Source: Mobula hypostoma | Lineage: Eukaryota | Length of the DNA stretch: 64,000 nucleotides | Assembly (NCBI RefSeq): GCF_963921235.1 | Contig: NC_086105.1 | Location: 26,722,001 to 26,786,000 of the forward strand | Direction: 5' to 3' | Part shown: piece by piece, positions 49,204-63,130 of the stretch | Position numbering within the stretch: the first letter of the stretch is position 1 | Layout: each line of letters opens with the position of its first letter | Notes under the pieces: generated by a model | Told to the model about the DNA's origin: nothing | The model's database searches: none | The model's input: the letters and a program-made list of their open reading frames with translations, nothing else | Made by a program: the position numbers and the translations under genes

Positions 49204-50949
49204 TTTAAATACTAAGGGTGTATTTGAATAAATTCATATCTTAATATTCAAATATCAAAAGATCAACATGTAAACTGTTTAACAGAATGTGGGAGATAAA
49301 AGAGACCTCCATTAAAATGGGATGATAAGTAATTCCATCTTCTGCTTCACACCTTCCTAAAACAGTCAACAGAGGGAGCTAATACTCTGGACAGAAATAG
49401 GAAGTTCAATTTTATCTTTACTATAGAATACAAAATCAGGTTGTTGACAATGATCTTATATTTTCTTGCCACTTAATACTGAATTGCCTAATATCACCAA
49501 GAAACTTACATTCAAAAATTACAGTGTATTTTTTCCATGGTTATATAAACATAGAGAAAGGGTCTTCATGTTCCTATTGCTCTTATATCAGCAGGAAGAG
49601 GATATCAAATAGATTTGCTTTATACTGGCTTAAACCACTATGTCAAGAAATATTGAATTTGCTTGAAATGCTTTAAATTACATATATGACTATTAATAGA
49701 TATTAATTTAAAAATAAAAATATTGGATAATAAGCCTGCACCTTTATTATCTGTAGTTCAGACAGAATAGTTTCATACCAGAGTAGAATTATTTATATCT
49801 CAGTTTTAAAAGCATGTATCAGGATGCATCAAAATAAGTAATTTGGCTAAAGGCTGATGTAAAGAACTCACTAAGTGTCTTACCCATGCCACCTACCTCC
49901 ATAAATAATCATTTTTGCTCTCTGATCAGCCACACCTCCCCTTATTCCTAAATCACAGGAATCTCATTATGTCTTAACTTTTTTTCCTAATAATTTTGTT
50001 CTCTCTGGGTGTATAAAAGTTGATGTTTTGTGCACTGTACCTACCTAGTGCACTTTCATTTTAGATGGTTTCTAAATTACCATCTCCCAGTGAACTTCTC
50101 AAGTTTCTCAACATATTAATCTCTTCCTACTGTGTCTTCTCAATCCCGCTCATCTTTCTACATTTTAAACATATTCAATTGTGTTACATATTTTACAGAT
50201 CTCACCGAAAAGCCGATACCAATTATTTACTGTCTGAACAATTGCATTTTCACATCATCTTTGTAAACAAGTCTGTGTCATCATTGACATCCTTCGAATG
50301 TTGTGAAGTGGACATATTTGTGGCCTAGATATGAAGTAGGCTTGCCAAAGAAAACATTGGATTCAGTGTTGCTGGTTTGAGATACCGTGCAAAATTGTCA
50401 CCTGGTGTTTTACTGAGCCTTCACTTAATTGGTCTGGATGAACAGGGCCAGTCTCCCTGGCCTGAAGTACCCTGGACTACACTGCCTTGGCTCAATCAGT
50501 GGATGGCTTCCATGGGCTCACTGAGAAAGCTTGTTCCTAAGAATCATTGGATATTGTTGTAAAAGATTTTAAATATCTTTGACATTCAAAGACATGCAAC
50601 AGGGCAAGGCAAAATGGTCACCAGGAAAATGATGGACCAAGGCATCATTTTTGTGCTTGATTTTATGTTTTTAAAATGAAATAATTCTTCTTAAAAGGCT
50701 TGACTTTAAAACCAAAATTATCTAAAATACTTGTAAAAATTTAAAACTCACCTGAACTTAAGATTTTCAAAAAATTATCTCCACATATTCATAGAGTCCC
50801 TGTTAAATGCATTAGGATCTCAGTTGCTGCTGAAGGCCCAAGGCAATATTCAAGGTATGATTCCCCAGCCTAACTGGTAGGAAATCTCATCAAGATTGAG
50901 CATAGCTACTGGACCTAATAGGAAGTCCTCAGCTGGAATGTATTGTTCA

Positions 50950-53780
50950 GAAGGCCTTTGACAAGGTGCCATATATAAGGCTGCTTAACAAGCTACGAGC
51001 CCATGGTATTACAGAAAAGATTCTAGCATGGATAAAGCAGTGGCTGATTGGCAGGAGAAAAGAGTATGAATAACAGGAGCCTTTTCTGGTTGGATTCCGG
51101 TAACTACTGGTATTACACAGGGGTCTGTGTTGGGACTGATTCTTTTTACGTTATATGTCAATGATTTGGATGATGGAATTGATGACTTTGTTGCAAAGTT
51201 TGCAGACAATATGAAGATAGGTGGAGGGGCAGGTCGTTTTGAGGAAGCAGAGAGACTACGTAAGGACTTAGATTAGCAGAATGGGCAAAGAAACTGCAGA
51301 TGGAATACTGTGTCGGCAAATGTACTTTGGTAGAAAAAATGAAAGGGTTGATTATTTTCAAAATTCAGAGAAAATACAAAAAAATTGAGGTGCAAAGAAA
51401 CTTGGAAATCCTTGTGCAGGATTCCTTAAAGGTTAATTTTCAGGATGAGTCGGTGGTGAGGAAGACAAATCCAAAGTTAGTATACATTTCAACCATAGAA
51501 ACCATAGAAAAACTACAGCACAGAAACAGGCCTTTTGGCCCTTCTTGGCTGTGCCGAACCATTTTCTGCCTAGTCCCACTGACCTGCACACGGACCATAT
51601 CCCTCCATACACCTCCCATCCATGTATCTGTCCAATTTATTCTTAAATGTTAAAAAAGATCCCGCATTTACCACCTCGTTTGGCAGCTCATTCCATACTC
51701 CCACCACTCTCTGTGTGAAGAAGCCCCCCCCCCCCAATGTTCTCTTTAAACTTTTCCTCTCTCATCCTTAACCCATGTCCTCCGGTTTTTTTCTCCCCCT
51801 GCCTCAGTGGAAAAAGCCTGCTTGCATTCACTCTATCTATACCCATCATAATTTTATATACCTCTATCAAATCTCCCCTCATTCTTCTACGCTCCAGGGA
51901 ATAAAGTCCTAACCTATTCAACCGTTCTCTGTAACTGAGTTTCTCAAGTCCCGGCAACATCCTTCTAAACCTTCTCTGCACTCTTTCAACCTTATTAATA
52001 TCCTTCCTGTCATTTGGTGACCAAAACTGAACACAATACTCCAGATTCGTCCTCACCAATGCCTTACACTACCTCATCATAACATTCCAGCTCTTATGCT
52101 CAATACTTTGATTAATAAAGGCCAATGTACCAAAAGCTCTCTTTACAACCCTATCTACCTGTGACGCCACTTTTAGGGAATTTTGTATCTGTATTCCCAG
52201 ATCCCTCTGTTCTACTGCACTCCTCAGTGCCTTACCATTAACCCTGTATGTTCTACCTTGGTTTGTCCTTCCAACGTGCAATACCTCACACTTGTCTGTA
52301 TTAAACTCCATCTGCCATTTTTCAGCCCATTTTTCCAGCTGGTCCAAGTCCCTCTGCAGGCTCTGAAAACCTTCCTCACTGTCTACTACACCTCCAATCT
52401 TCGTATCATCAGCAAATTTGCTGATCCAATTTACCACATTATCATCCAGATCATTGATATAGATGACAAATAACAATGGACCCAGCACTGATCCCTGTGG
52501 CACACCACTAATCACAGGCCTCCACTCGGAGAAGCAATTCTCTACTCCCACTCTTTGGCTTCTTCCATCGAGCCAATGTCTAATCCAATTTACCACCTCT
52601 CTATGTATACCTAGCGACTGAATTTTCCTAACAAACCTCCCATGCGGGACCTTGTCAAAGGCCTTACTGAAGTCCATGTAGACAATATCCACTGCCTTCC
52701 CTTCATCCACTTTCCTGGTAACCTCCTCGAAAAACACCAATAGATTGGTCAAACATGACCTACCACGCACAAAGCCATATTGACTCTCCCTAATAAGTCC
52801 CTGTCCATCCAAATGCTTGTAGATTCTGTCTCTTAGTACTCCCTGCAATAACTTACCTACTACCGATGTTAAATTTACCGGCCTATAATTTCCCGGATTA
52901 CTTTTCGATCCTTTACAAGGATGTAAAGAGGACTCGGATGTAATTTTGAGACTTTATAAAGCACTGGCAAGGCATCACTTGGACTATTGTGAGCAGTTTT
53001 GGGACCCTTATCTTATAAATATGTGCTGAAACTGGAGAGGGGTTGAAGGAGGTTCAGGAAAATTATTCCAGGTTTGAATGGCTTGTTATATGAAGAGTGA
53101 TGGCTCTGGGCTTGTATTCACTAGAATTCAGAAGAATGAGGGGTGCACTCATTGAAACCTATTGAATCATGAAAGGTTTTGATAGAGTGGATGTGGAGAT
53201 GATGTTTCCTATGATGGGAAAGTCTAAGACCAGAGGACAAAGCCTCAGAATAGGCAGCATCCTTTAAGAATGGAGATGAGGAGGAAATTCTTTAGCCAGC
53301 GAGTGTGAATGTGTGGAATTCTTTGCCACAGGCAGCTGTGGAGGCCAAGTTTTTATGTATATTTAAGACATAGGTTGATAGATTCTTGATTAGTGAGGGT
53401 GTGTTAGCTGCCTGTGACTACTGGTGTTCCACAGGAGTTCGTGTTGGGTCTGATTCTTTTCACATTGTATGTCAGTGATTTACATGACGGAACTGATGGT
53501 ATTGTTGCAAAATTTGCAGACAATATGACGGTAGGTGGAGGGGTAGGTAGTTTTGAGGAAATGGAGAGGCTACAGAAGGACTTGGACAGATTAGGAGAAT
53601 AGGCAAAGAAATGGCTGATGGAATACAGTGTCAGGAAGTGTATAGTCACGCACTTCTGTGCACGGGGAGAAGGCAGAAGATTGGGGTTGAGATGAAAAAG
53701 GGCTCAGCCATGATGGAATGGCAGAGCAGACTCAATGGGCCAAATGGCCTAATTCCGCTCCTATATCTTGTGGTCTTATT
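50950..53780 (+). mobile_element. Cluster of CR1 LINE fragments (host split by the minus-strand insertion at 51493-52912)
   Basis: RT motifs QKAFDKVP and DLDDGID...AKFADN at 50950-51490; resumes at ~52915. A further copy is at 53405-53780. Confidence 0.8.
51493..52912 (-). mobile_element. Young 5'-truncated CR1 LINE (RT domain)
   Basis: ORF 52069-52848 has YMDFSKAFDKVPH...GVPQGSVLGP...KFADDTK; ORF 51688-52059 follows. Tandem 3' tail (TTTCTATGG)2. Confidence 0.95.
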
Positions 53781-54779
53781 AACAGATAAGTAGCTAACTA
53801 TTGTCTAATACATTCAGAACATCCACTTATGATAGTGCAACTATGATAGTACTGAATTCCATTCAAACACCTAAATCCCAAACGATTTGTTCAAAACCTC
53901 TGTTCTTAAGTCCTTCATTTCAAGTGCAAGTACCCTTTAATAATGAGATTGAATGATAACTGCTGATCATACTTCTGTCACTAAATTTGTTACTATTATA
54001 AGTGCTTATTTATTCTGTAACTGTCCCCTTAATTCTAGACCACTTTACTGTGGGAATAATTTCAACCTTTACTTCCCAATACCCATTAACATTTAATATA
54101 CTTCATCTAGATCACTTATTTTTCTTCTAAGCTTCAATGTATACAGGCCTAACCAGCTTAACCTTTTCTCATAAGGCAACCAAGAATCAATTAAGCCTTC
54201 TGTAAACTGCCTCCATACAGGAGACCAAAACTGCATGCACTATTCTAGCCTTGGTCTCACCTGTGTCTGGTACAGCAAGATATCCATTGTTTTATATTCC
54301 ATCTTTTGGAATAAATAACTCCTTTCCTAGTATCTTGCTGCACCTGCATGGTAACTTTCACTGCTTCATATAGAAGGTAATTTAAATTCTTCTGAACAGT
54401 GGCATTCCGTAAACTCTTTCCATTTATTTATTTTGTATTTCTATCACATTCCCCATCATACTCCATCTGATAAACTGTTGATCACTCACATTACCTGTTT
54501 ATATTCTTTTGCAAATGTTTTTGTCCTTCTCATAACTAGCTTTCCTATCTATCTTTATAGCATCAAAAACCTGGCTATTCTTGGTCATAATATAGATTAC
54601 AAATAGTTGACTTCCTGGCACCAATGTCTGCACAAGCCACTGGTTACAGATTTTCACCCCGAAACAATCCATTTATCTTAAATCTGTTTTCTGTTAGTTT
54701 CCAATGCCCTGTTCGTGTTGATTTGTCTTATCCAAAGTTTCACATTCTGTGGAGCAGTTGCTCTTAGTACACAAGTTCA

Positions 54780-55150
54780 GCACCGATTGCCCCTAGTTAC
54801 CCTCTCACTTCTTCTCATCCCCTCATATGCCCATTACCTTCCACTGGTTTCCCCTTTTACTTTCCTTTATTCATTGGCCCACTATCTTCTCCTACTAGAT
54901 TTCTTCTTCTTCAGCTCTTTACTTCTTCTACCCATTATTTCATCCCTCCTTCCTCATTCACCCACCTGGCCTCACATATCATCTGGCAGCTTGTATTCTT
55001 TACCTTCCCCCACCTTCCCATTCTGGCCTTTGTCCCCTTCCTTTGCAGACCTGATGAAGGGTCTCAGGCTGAAACATCAGTTGTTCATTCCACAAGATAG
55101 ATATTGCCTGCCTTGCTGAGTTTCTCCAGCATTGTGTGTGTGCTGCCCGA
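54780..55150 (+). mobile_element. Old Penelope-like 3' terminal region with hammerhead-like motif
   Basis: Pyrimidine-rich tract, then CTGATGAAGGGTCTCAGGCTGAAACATC (55051-55078) and the family-1 tail. Confidence 0.6.
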
Positions 55151-56414
55151 TTCTAGATTCCTTCATGAAGGGAAATACGCTTTCAGCATCCATCCTCTCA
55201 AGTCCCCCTTGTATCTCGTGTTTCAATGAGAACACCTTTGAGTCTTTAAGCTTGTTTATGTATTAGCTTAACCAGTCCTCATTAGATAGCATGGACAATC
55301 AAGGAATCAACTTCAGAACCTTCTCTAAACTCCTCTTTATTACCCCCAATCACACACAATCTTGCTTTGTGCTTACATGGCACCTTACTAAATGCCTTTG
55401 AAAATCTATGCACCTTACATCAACTAGTACCCCTTTCTCCACAAGAGACTGATTAGCAAATGTGATGCTGTAATTTGCTAAGAGGTGACAAGCTCCCACG
55501 ACCAAATTCCACTGTAACTGCAAGCATGAGAAATTATAGAAGAGGTTGACACAATAATATGACAAATACACAACAGTAGCAATATTTTAATATATTAGAG
55601 ACTTATAACAGTACAAATTAATAATTTATTAGTCTGCCAAAGACTCATTGTTAACAGAACGGTCATCCCATCAAATCCACTTCATGCCTGCGTGCTCAAT
55701 ATTGTCACACAAATGTTCAACAAAATAATTTAATTATATAAAGACAGAGACAAATATTGAATTAAGACTTTGCAATGGATTCATTTTTCAATGTAAACTT
55801 GATGGAGTTCAGAAATTTGCATTTCAAAGACTCAATTAGATTTAAAACCACAGTGATATGCAAATCAGAAAGCTGCTGGGATGCTGGTGAACTGTCTATA
55901 TAAATTAAATTAGAAACTGCTGCATTGTGGAGTAGCCACAAAAGCCTTTTAAATGAATTGCTATTATAGTGTACATATATCGCATCAAAGGCACATTATT
56001 GTTTCACTTACAAGTCTAACATCATGCTTTACTGGAAAATAGCTTTGCCAATTTCCTGAAAGATCAAGACTAATCACTGTACTGCAAGCATGCAGATCAG
56101 TACCTTAGATCAATAAATAGGATTCATTATGTATTTGCAATCTAAAGCAATCCATCATTATTAGCCTTTTATTAATGATGCTTGACTTAGTTTGCAAGTA
56201 CTATACTTAAGGAGGTCCTTCTGTGTAGCAGCCAGCTATTGTTTGTGCAACAATTTCTAATGTCTTAGTTTTTTTTTTAAAAACTCACTGCCTGAGAGCA
56301 GCAATCAGTCTAACTCTTTTACATGAGAGTAACAGCATAAAAGAAACATTTTTAATCATTTATTGATCTTCCTGCACAAGTATCAACTGCATTTTCACAA
56401 AAAACAACACACTG

Positions 56415-56860
56415 TTAAAGTCCATTAGGATAATACAATGAGCAAAGCAAAATGTTCTGACCAAATGGTGGAAACCGTCGGAATGCTTCCCACATATCTG
56501 AAAATATATTGTATTTCAAGAATACACGATGTTCAAGGCTGGTTGATAGTGTAATATCTCTGCTTATGATATAGATTCCATCATTGTGCAATGTAGTAGT
56601 TAAATTTAGTCCAGATTTTGATGTGTTCTCCTTAAGGTAGAGCCATTCCCTACTGCTCACGTTGTACGACTGCACAGTGAGCATGTCTTCAGTACGAGTT
56701 CCCTTTTTACTTCCACTTCTCTCATGAATGCAGCCACCCACAAGGTAAATAGTATCTTCCACAGAAACCATTTGTTGTTTACGAATATGAACCTCACAGG
56801 ATTCTATGACAGTCCAGGCATCCGATGTAGGACAGTATCGCAATACGTTCATATTTCTCT
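56415..56860 (-). CDS. KLHL42: Kelch-like protein 42, coding exon 3
   Basis: Acceptor TTCCAG|AG; (E)RNMNVLRYCPTSDAW...ENTSKSGLNLT...FLKYNIFSDMWEAFRRFPPFGQN...YPNGL*. Phase is compatible with exon 2. Candidate polyA AATAAA on the minus strand at 55625-55630. Confidence 0.93.
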
Positions 56861-57079
56861 CTGGAATTGAAAGTAATTTTAAGTGAATTGAGAAACAAAA
56901 TAACTTTAAACAAGCATTACACTACTATAACACTCCCAATTCAGTTTTGGCTTCTGAAGGTAAGACTCAAACTTCTCATTTATTACAGATTTTAAGAGAA
57001 GACAAAACTTGGGTCCATTGACAGCCAATTGACAGCAAGTACACAAGGCTACGTCTTGCAGAAACTCTTAAACAAAAGA

Positions 57080-58240
57080 GATGGAGAGGGTCAGCAACTT
57101 TAAATTCCTCTGTGTTTTTGTTCTGGAGAACCTGTCTTGGGACCAGCATGCAAGTCCAATTATGAAGAAAGCATGGCAGCCTCTACTTCCTTAGGAGTAG
57201 GAGTTTGTGGAGATTCAGCATGACGTAAAACTTCGTCAAACTTCTATAGATGTGTGCTGGAGAGTATATTGACTGGCTGCATCACAGCCTGCTATGGAAA
57301 CCTTTGAACAGAAAATCCTACAGAAAGTAATGGATATGGCCCATCACAGGTAAAGCCCTCTGCAACATTGAGTACATCTACACCAAGCATTGTCACTAGA
57401 AAGCATCATCCATCATCAGGGACCCCCAGCAACCAGGACATGCTCTCTTCTCAAGGCTGCCATCAGGAAGGTACAGGAGCCTCAGGACTCACACCACCAG
57501 GTTCAGGAACAGTTACTACTCCTCAACCATCAGGGTTTTGGACCAAAGGGGATACTTCATTTGCCCATGACTGAAATGTTGCCACAACCAATGGACTCAC
57601 TTTCAAGGCCTCTTCATCTCATGTTCTCGATATTTACTGCTTATTTATATTATTATAAATGTGGGGATGGAACTGGACTCTCTGACGGTGGTGTCTGAAA
57701 AGAGGATGCTGTCCACATTGCATGCCATCTTGGACAATGTCTCCCATCCACTACATAATGGACTGGTTGGGCACAGGAGTACATTCAGCCAGAGACTCAT
57801 TCCACCGAGATGCAGCACAAAGCGTCATAGGAAATCATTCCTGCCTGTGGCCATCAAACTTTACAACTCCTCCCTTGGAGGGTCAGACACCCTGAGCCAA
57901 TAGGCTGGTCCTGGACTTATTTCCTGGCATAATTTACATATTACTATTTAACTATTTATGGTTTTATTACTATTTATTATTTATGGTGCAACTGTAACGA
58001 AAACCAATTTCCCCCGGGATCAATAAAGTATGACTATCACTATGATTATTATTTCTTTCTTTTTATATTTGCACAGTTTGTCTTTTGTGCTCTGGATGAA
58101 GGCCCCAAATTCATGCAGTCTTTCCAATGTTTCTATTATGGTTATTATTCTATTATAGAGTGATTATGCCCTCAAGAAAATGAATCTCGGGGCAATAATG
58201 GTGATATACATGTACTTTGATATTAAATTTACTTTGAACT
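57080..58240 (+). mobile_element. Rex1/Babar-like LINE fragments (nested) in KLHL42 intron 2
   Basis: Homologous to 39880-42790. A second fragment (57655-58040; RCSTKRHRKSFLPVAIKLYN) is inserted in it. Confidence 0.7.
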
Positions 58241-59065
58241 TTCAGCTAGGCGGAAGCTTTGAAAAACTACCAAATGCAATAATCTTCTGGAATCAAAGAA
58301 CAAGCACAGGTGGCCGCCACCTAGCTCAATATGTTTGTGCTGGCTGCTCGTACGGCAATCAATTCAGCCCTGTTATAATGCTGTCAGAGTACCAACAGCT
58401 GACAGAGCTTTCAGGGAACTTTTTTTGCCTTTAGGAATTGAAATTCTCAGCTTTTTGTTTAGCAAACTGATTCGTAGGGACACAAATTCCTGCTACAAAT
58501 CTCGTATCTCAGTAAAATGGGGAGAAAAGTTTGATACTAGTCAGCTTTTAAATCTTCTAATGGGAAATGGCATTGGTGATGATTGCAAACTGGCCAATTA
58601 TTTTTGATACAAATTATAGAAAGGAAGCAGCTTTTTAAAAGTAACTTTGAGTCAAAATGACATAACTGTTTTATCAATATTCTTGATTGCACAGAATACC
58701 CCATGTTCTGAAAAGTTGATGTGCAAGATATTCCATTATTGAAACTGACAATACCTTTGGTTCAATTACTGTTAAAAATTGCATAGGGTCACCTTGATGT
58801 TAAATTTTCATATACGAACATATTATTTCTTGCCAGAAAGCCCTATACATTCTTTTCTTGCAAGTCTGAATATAAGCTCCGAGCTTCTACTTATAGCACG
58901 CAGCTAAGACCAGACCATGACAATGAAATGGAAGATCAAATTAATGTCACCACACTACTGTCCTGCCAGTTGCAAGAGCAACAATGGCTTTATTTGTTAG
59001 AATCTCTGATTAAGTAGAAAGATGAATCTCTCCAAAAGATATGCTAATAAAAAATGACAACTTAC

Positions 59066-59259
59066 CCCGTGTCGTATATCCACCTATTACATAGATCATT
59101 CCTTTGCATTCACAAGCTGAGAACTCCACAAGGGTATCTGGCATTGAAGCTACAAAGCTCCACCAATCCATCTCAGGATTGTAGCATTCCACATTGCTAA
59201 GTGAGTGTCCACCTACAGCATACAACTTCCCACATACAGCCAGAAGCTTAAAATTTGAT
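59066..59259 (-). CDS. KLHL42: KLHL42 coding exon 2 (kelch repeats)
   Basis: Acceptor TTTCAG|A; (R)SNFKLLAVCGKLYAVGG...VIGGYTTR; donor G|GTAAG; 194 nt. Confidence 0.93.
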
Positions 59260-60834
59260 CTGAAAGAAAAATAGGAAAACTGAGAACACAGCTTAACAAG
59301 AACATAGAATTTGACTATCAAATATGATGGTCAAAAATGAGGCATGCAAATGTTAGGCAACAGAATACTTTGTTGATATATCAGCACTCCCAACCATTCC
59401 CAGGTTCAGGTGAGACATGGTTAAATACAGACTAAAGTTCCTCTACTCTGCTTTCAACAAGTATCACCACAATCTTCACTTCCAACACATGTTCCACTGG
59501 ATTAATGTTATTTCTCTGAGCTCACACCACCCATTGTTTTTATTCAAGTGAGATTAATGATAATAAGGCTCACTGGTGCTCAGTTGAAGATAACTTAGTT
59601 TTGTGGGCAGGCATCCAAAAGCCTGGGATTGATCCAGCCCATTTCAGATTCCACATTTATAGTCACTAAACAAGAGAGTTGAGCACTGTCAAGAGGGACT
59701 AAATTTAGATCCAAATTATTTTATTTTTTTTTATAAGAACATCAGCTCTGCACCAAACACAACCCTGTGATAAGAATTTGAAAAACCTCAAATAAAATTG
59801 GAGAGTTGTTTGGTACATATTGGACTTGGTGGGGGGGGGGAGGAGGGCGGGAAATGTACTCAGAATCAGAAGAAAAAATGTTTATTCTTGTATTGTAGCT
59901 CTGAGATTCACGCATATCTGGGGAACGAAGAAAATGGTGAAAGTACAGTCACATTGTAACAAAACTCACCCAATTATTCTGAAGGCTGCACAAGTAAGAT
60001 AACTTAATGGATGCTTAAGATATTATAAGTATATAGACTGTACTGCATTTTGGCTTGTCATAGGCCCACTTCCTTAACATAGTTTGGTCCAGAGAGAAGC
60101 ATACAGGCTTTATTGTGCAAGGGGATCAGTGGTAGAATTGCAACACTTGCTGGTTGGTGTTCCTTGCTGGATGTGGAGTCCTTGCTCACTGAGAAAATAT
60201 ACTTACCAAGTATGCTACAATTACAGGCTTATGAGCAGATTGATAAGGACACACACACACCACACAATGCTGGAGGAACTCAGCAGGTCAGACAGCATCT
60301 ATGGCGTCTATGGAAAGGAATAAAGAGTTGACATTTTGGCCCGAGACACTTCAGTGGTCCTATGCCACTTAACCGGGGCACAAAACTGTTGCCAAACAGA
60401 TTCTAACTAGTGTCAGATGCATGCACACCTATGGCCATTAAGCACTACATCATGCAAACAATTTTTAAAATGGTGTCAGTTGTGTGCACTTGTGTTCAAA
60501 AGCAGTGAGTTTTGTCACTGACAGTTGGTGAGAAATAAGCAGCAAACCAATCCCAAACCGTTTTGCTCACTGTGGTTTCAAGCATTGTGGCGAGGAGATG
60601 CCAGAGACGGTCAGGAGTGAAAATGAAATTATTTCAAAACTACAATAGGTTAAGAACTACAATTTGAAGGTATCAACAATCATCCTGAATGTTACAACGA
60701 AAGGCAGTCCACTAGGTGTCGGCACTGAGTTTGTTCATTTACAGTCAATCAAAAGAATGCATTTACTGGATGAATTCCTCCATTGTTAACTATTAGGAAC
60801 TAATACAGTTTTATAGTACTGTAGTAGTATTAAA

Positions 60835-61235
60835 CATAGAAAATAAGTGCAGGAGTCGGCCATTCAGCCCTTTGAGCCTGCACCACCATTCAGTACGATC
60901 ATGGCTGATCATCCAACTCAGAACCCTGTACCTGCCTTCCCTCCATACCCCCTGATCCCTTTAGCCACAAGGGCCATATCTAACTCCCTCTTAAATATAG
61001 CCAGTGAACTGGCCTCAACTGTTTCCTGTGGCAGAGAATTCCACAGATTCACCACTCTCTATGTGAAGAAGTTTTTCCTAATCTCGGTCCTAAAAGGCTT
61101 CTCCTTTATCCTCAAACTGTGACCCCTCGTTCTGGACTTCCCCAACATCGGGAACACTCTTCCTGCATCTAGCCTGTCCAATCCCTTTAGGATTTTATAC
61201 GTTTCAATAAGATCCCCCCTCAATCTTCTAAATTG
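60835..61235 (-). mobile_element. CR1 3' fragment in KLHL42 intron 1, within a Tigger-like remnant (~60400-61410)
   Basis: FRRLRGDLIETYKILKGLDRLDAGRVFP plus a CR1 3'UTR. Confidence 0.8.
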
Positions 61236-61983
61236 ATAAGAGTTCAGATTTGTTTTGCATTTCATCTAAATACATAGTTTGTTACTCAGTTACATGGCAG
61301 TTTGTCTTTTTAATACCTATTTCCATGAAACCAGCTAACTGGGAAGCTGCTTAATTAGGCCAAAATGTACTGGTCCCAATGTTTCCAAATCAACCAGAAT
61401 CCACTGTACTGTCTGCTTCTCTCTACTCTCAGTTCTGATAAAGTATCTCAAGACTGAACATTGACCATCTTTTGCCTCCACAGAGGCTGCTTGATCTGCT
61501 GAGTTCTTCGAATGGTTTATTTTATACAATAAATACACTGACACATCCTCCTTTAAAAGATTTGTGTTCTATTTTAAATTCTGGCATGCAATGATCGAAG
61601 GAAATGAAACAAAATCATACTCTCACCTGTATAATGGTGAAAGTCAAATGGCATCACCAAATAATTTCAACCAATTTACTGGATTTCAAAAACACTTTGT
61701 TTGATTTAACTTTGTTGCAAATGTTACATTTAGGAATGAACAGGCTGCAATGGCGGTAAAAGCATCTCAGCTGATAAACTCTTCTTGATGAATTTAACAC
61801 GTTTTACCCAATACATACAACTTGTAAAGACATTGCTCAAGACTTTTGATAGTTATTTTCAGAGATGGGAATGTTAAACTTACTTTAAGCAAATTAATTT
61901 TGTATAATTATGGTGGAGATAGAGTGGGAGAAAGCATTTCAAATATTATCAAGTGGCAAGAATGCATTATATCATGCTAGCAC

Positions 61984-62744
61984 CTTTTTTGATTCATCGG
62001 CGAAATCTGATTCCATTCGTTTTTACAGGGATTGTAACAATGTGCTGCCGCAATCTCCTGACTGGTCATCCTGTATCCGCCCACGATAAAGAGGTAATTA
62101 TTCATTACGGTCGAGCCATAACCCCTCACGTTCACCATGTCAGGGGGGAGAGTGTTAGCAAGGGGAAGCCATCTCTGGGCGACTTCATCGTATCTCAGCA
62201 TCGACCACGGTTCACCTGCAGCCAGATCCAAGGACGTACTGAAGAAATCTCCAACCGCCACCAACACAGCCGTGCCTTTAAATCGCATCTCCTTAACCTG
62301 GTGACGCAAAGTGTTCGGCAGATGCCTAAATTCTTGTCTCCTGAGCATAGGGTGGTAGTGCCACGCCATAAACCTGAGGGAAGCATTCATTAGATCATCG
62401 ATTCCATAAATCTCAGAAAGTTTATACAACTCCACACAATTGTCCAATTTCAGCTCTGAGAGCAGCAGCTTTAATATGGAAGTCACTTGCAGAAAAGACG
62501 CTGTTTCCACCAAATCTTCCAAGGTGTCGTTATCAAAGTGTACTTTAGAGGTGTTGATAAATTCAATTACGAGCTCTAGTCCATGAACACTCAAACCCTG
62601 CAACTGAACCGAATCCTCTTCGGATTCCTTCATCCCAGACTCATAAAGAGCTCTGAAGTAGTCGCTTTTCTCAATTAACTTACTTTTGCTGACATTGTAC
62701 GTCTTATCTTCTATGGAAATCGCAATGATTTGGTCGGAGGACAT
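61984..62744 (-). CDS. KLHL42: KLHL42 coding exon 1 (BTB, BACK, first kelch)
   Basis: ATG 62744 (GCCAGCATG); MSSDQIIAISIEDKTYNVSKSKLIEKSDYFRALYESGMKES...; phase-2 donor AG|GTGCTA. Total CDS is 1401 nt (466 aa). Confidence 0.93.
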
Positions 62745-63130
62745 GCTGGCAGGGTGGCACGCCCGGCCGTGCAATTGCTTTCCTTAAGTGGGCAGCTTCA
62801 ACCTTTATTTACATTTACTCAGACCTGCGCATTGATCTTCGCCTCGCACGAAAGGCCGGCTCCAGGCAGCGCATCAGCCTCCCCTGATTTGTCAGCATTA
62901 GTGTGCACAGTTCTGCTTAACGACAGAAACCTGCTGTACACGTTACACGAACCACTTCACACTTCGTTCAGTTTTCAAGGAATTTCAGAAAGAGCCTCAG
63001 CATCGGCTCGCTAGTTTGTTGAGCCTGGTTTCCTTCTCATTGAAGACTCGTCATTTCTCGTTCCGTTTTCAACAACCAATCACCGACCGTAAAAGGCAAC
63101 AATCTGCCCAATCTGCTTTTCAGCTACTTC
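62745..63130 (-). promoter_or_regulatory. KLHL42 5'UTR/promoter region (CpG-enriched)
   Basis: Raised CpG content directly upstream of the ATG; CCAAT motifs near 63076 and 63108. Confidence 0.45.

Noticed and set aside
62745-62774. KLHL42 N-terminal extension MHGRACHPAS
   Set aside because: Non-ATG start in the ORF track; homology and Kozak context point to ATG 62744.
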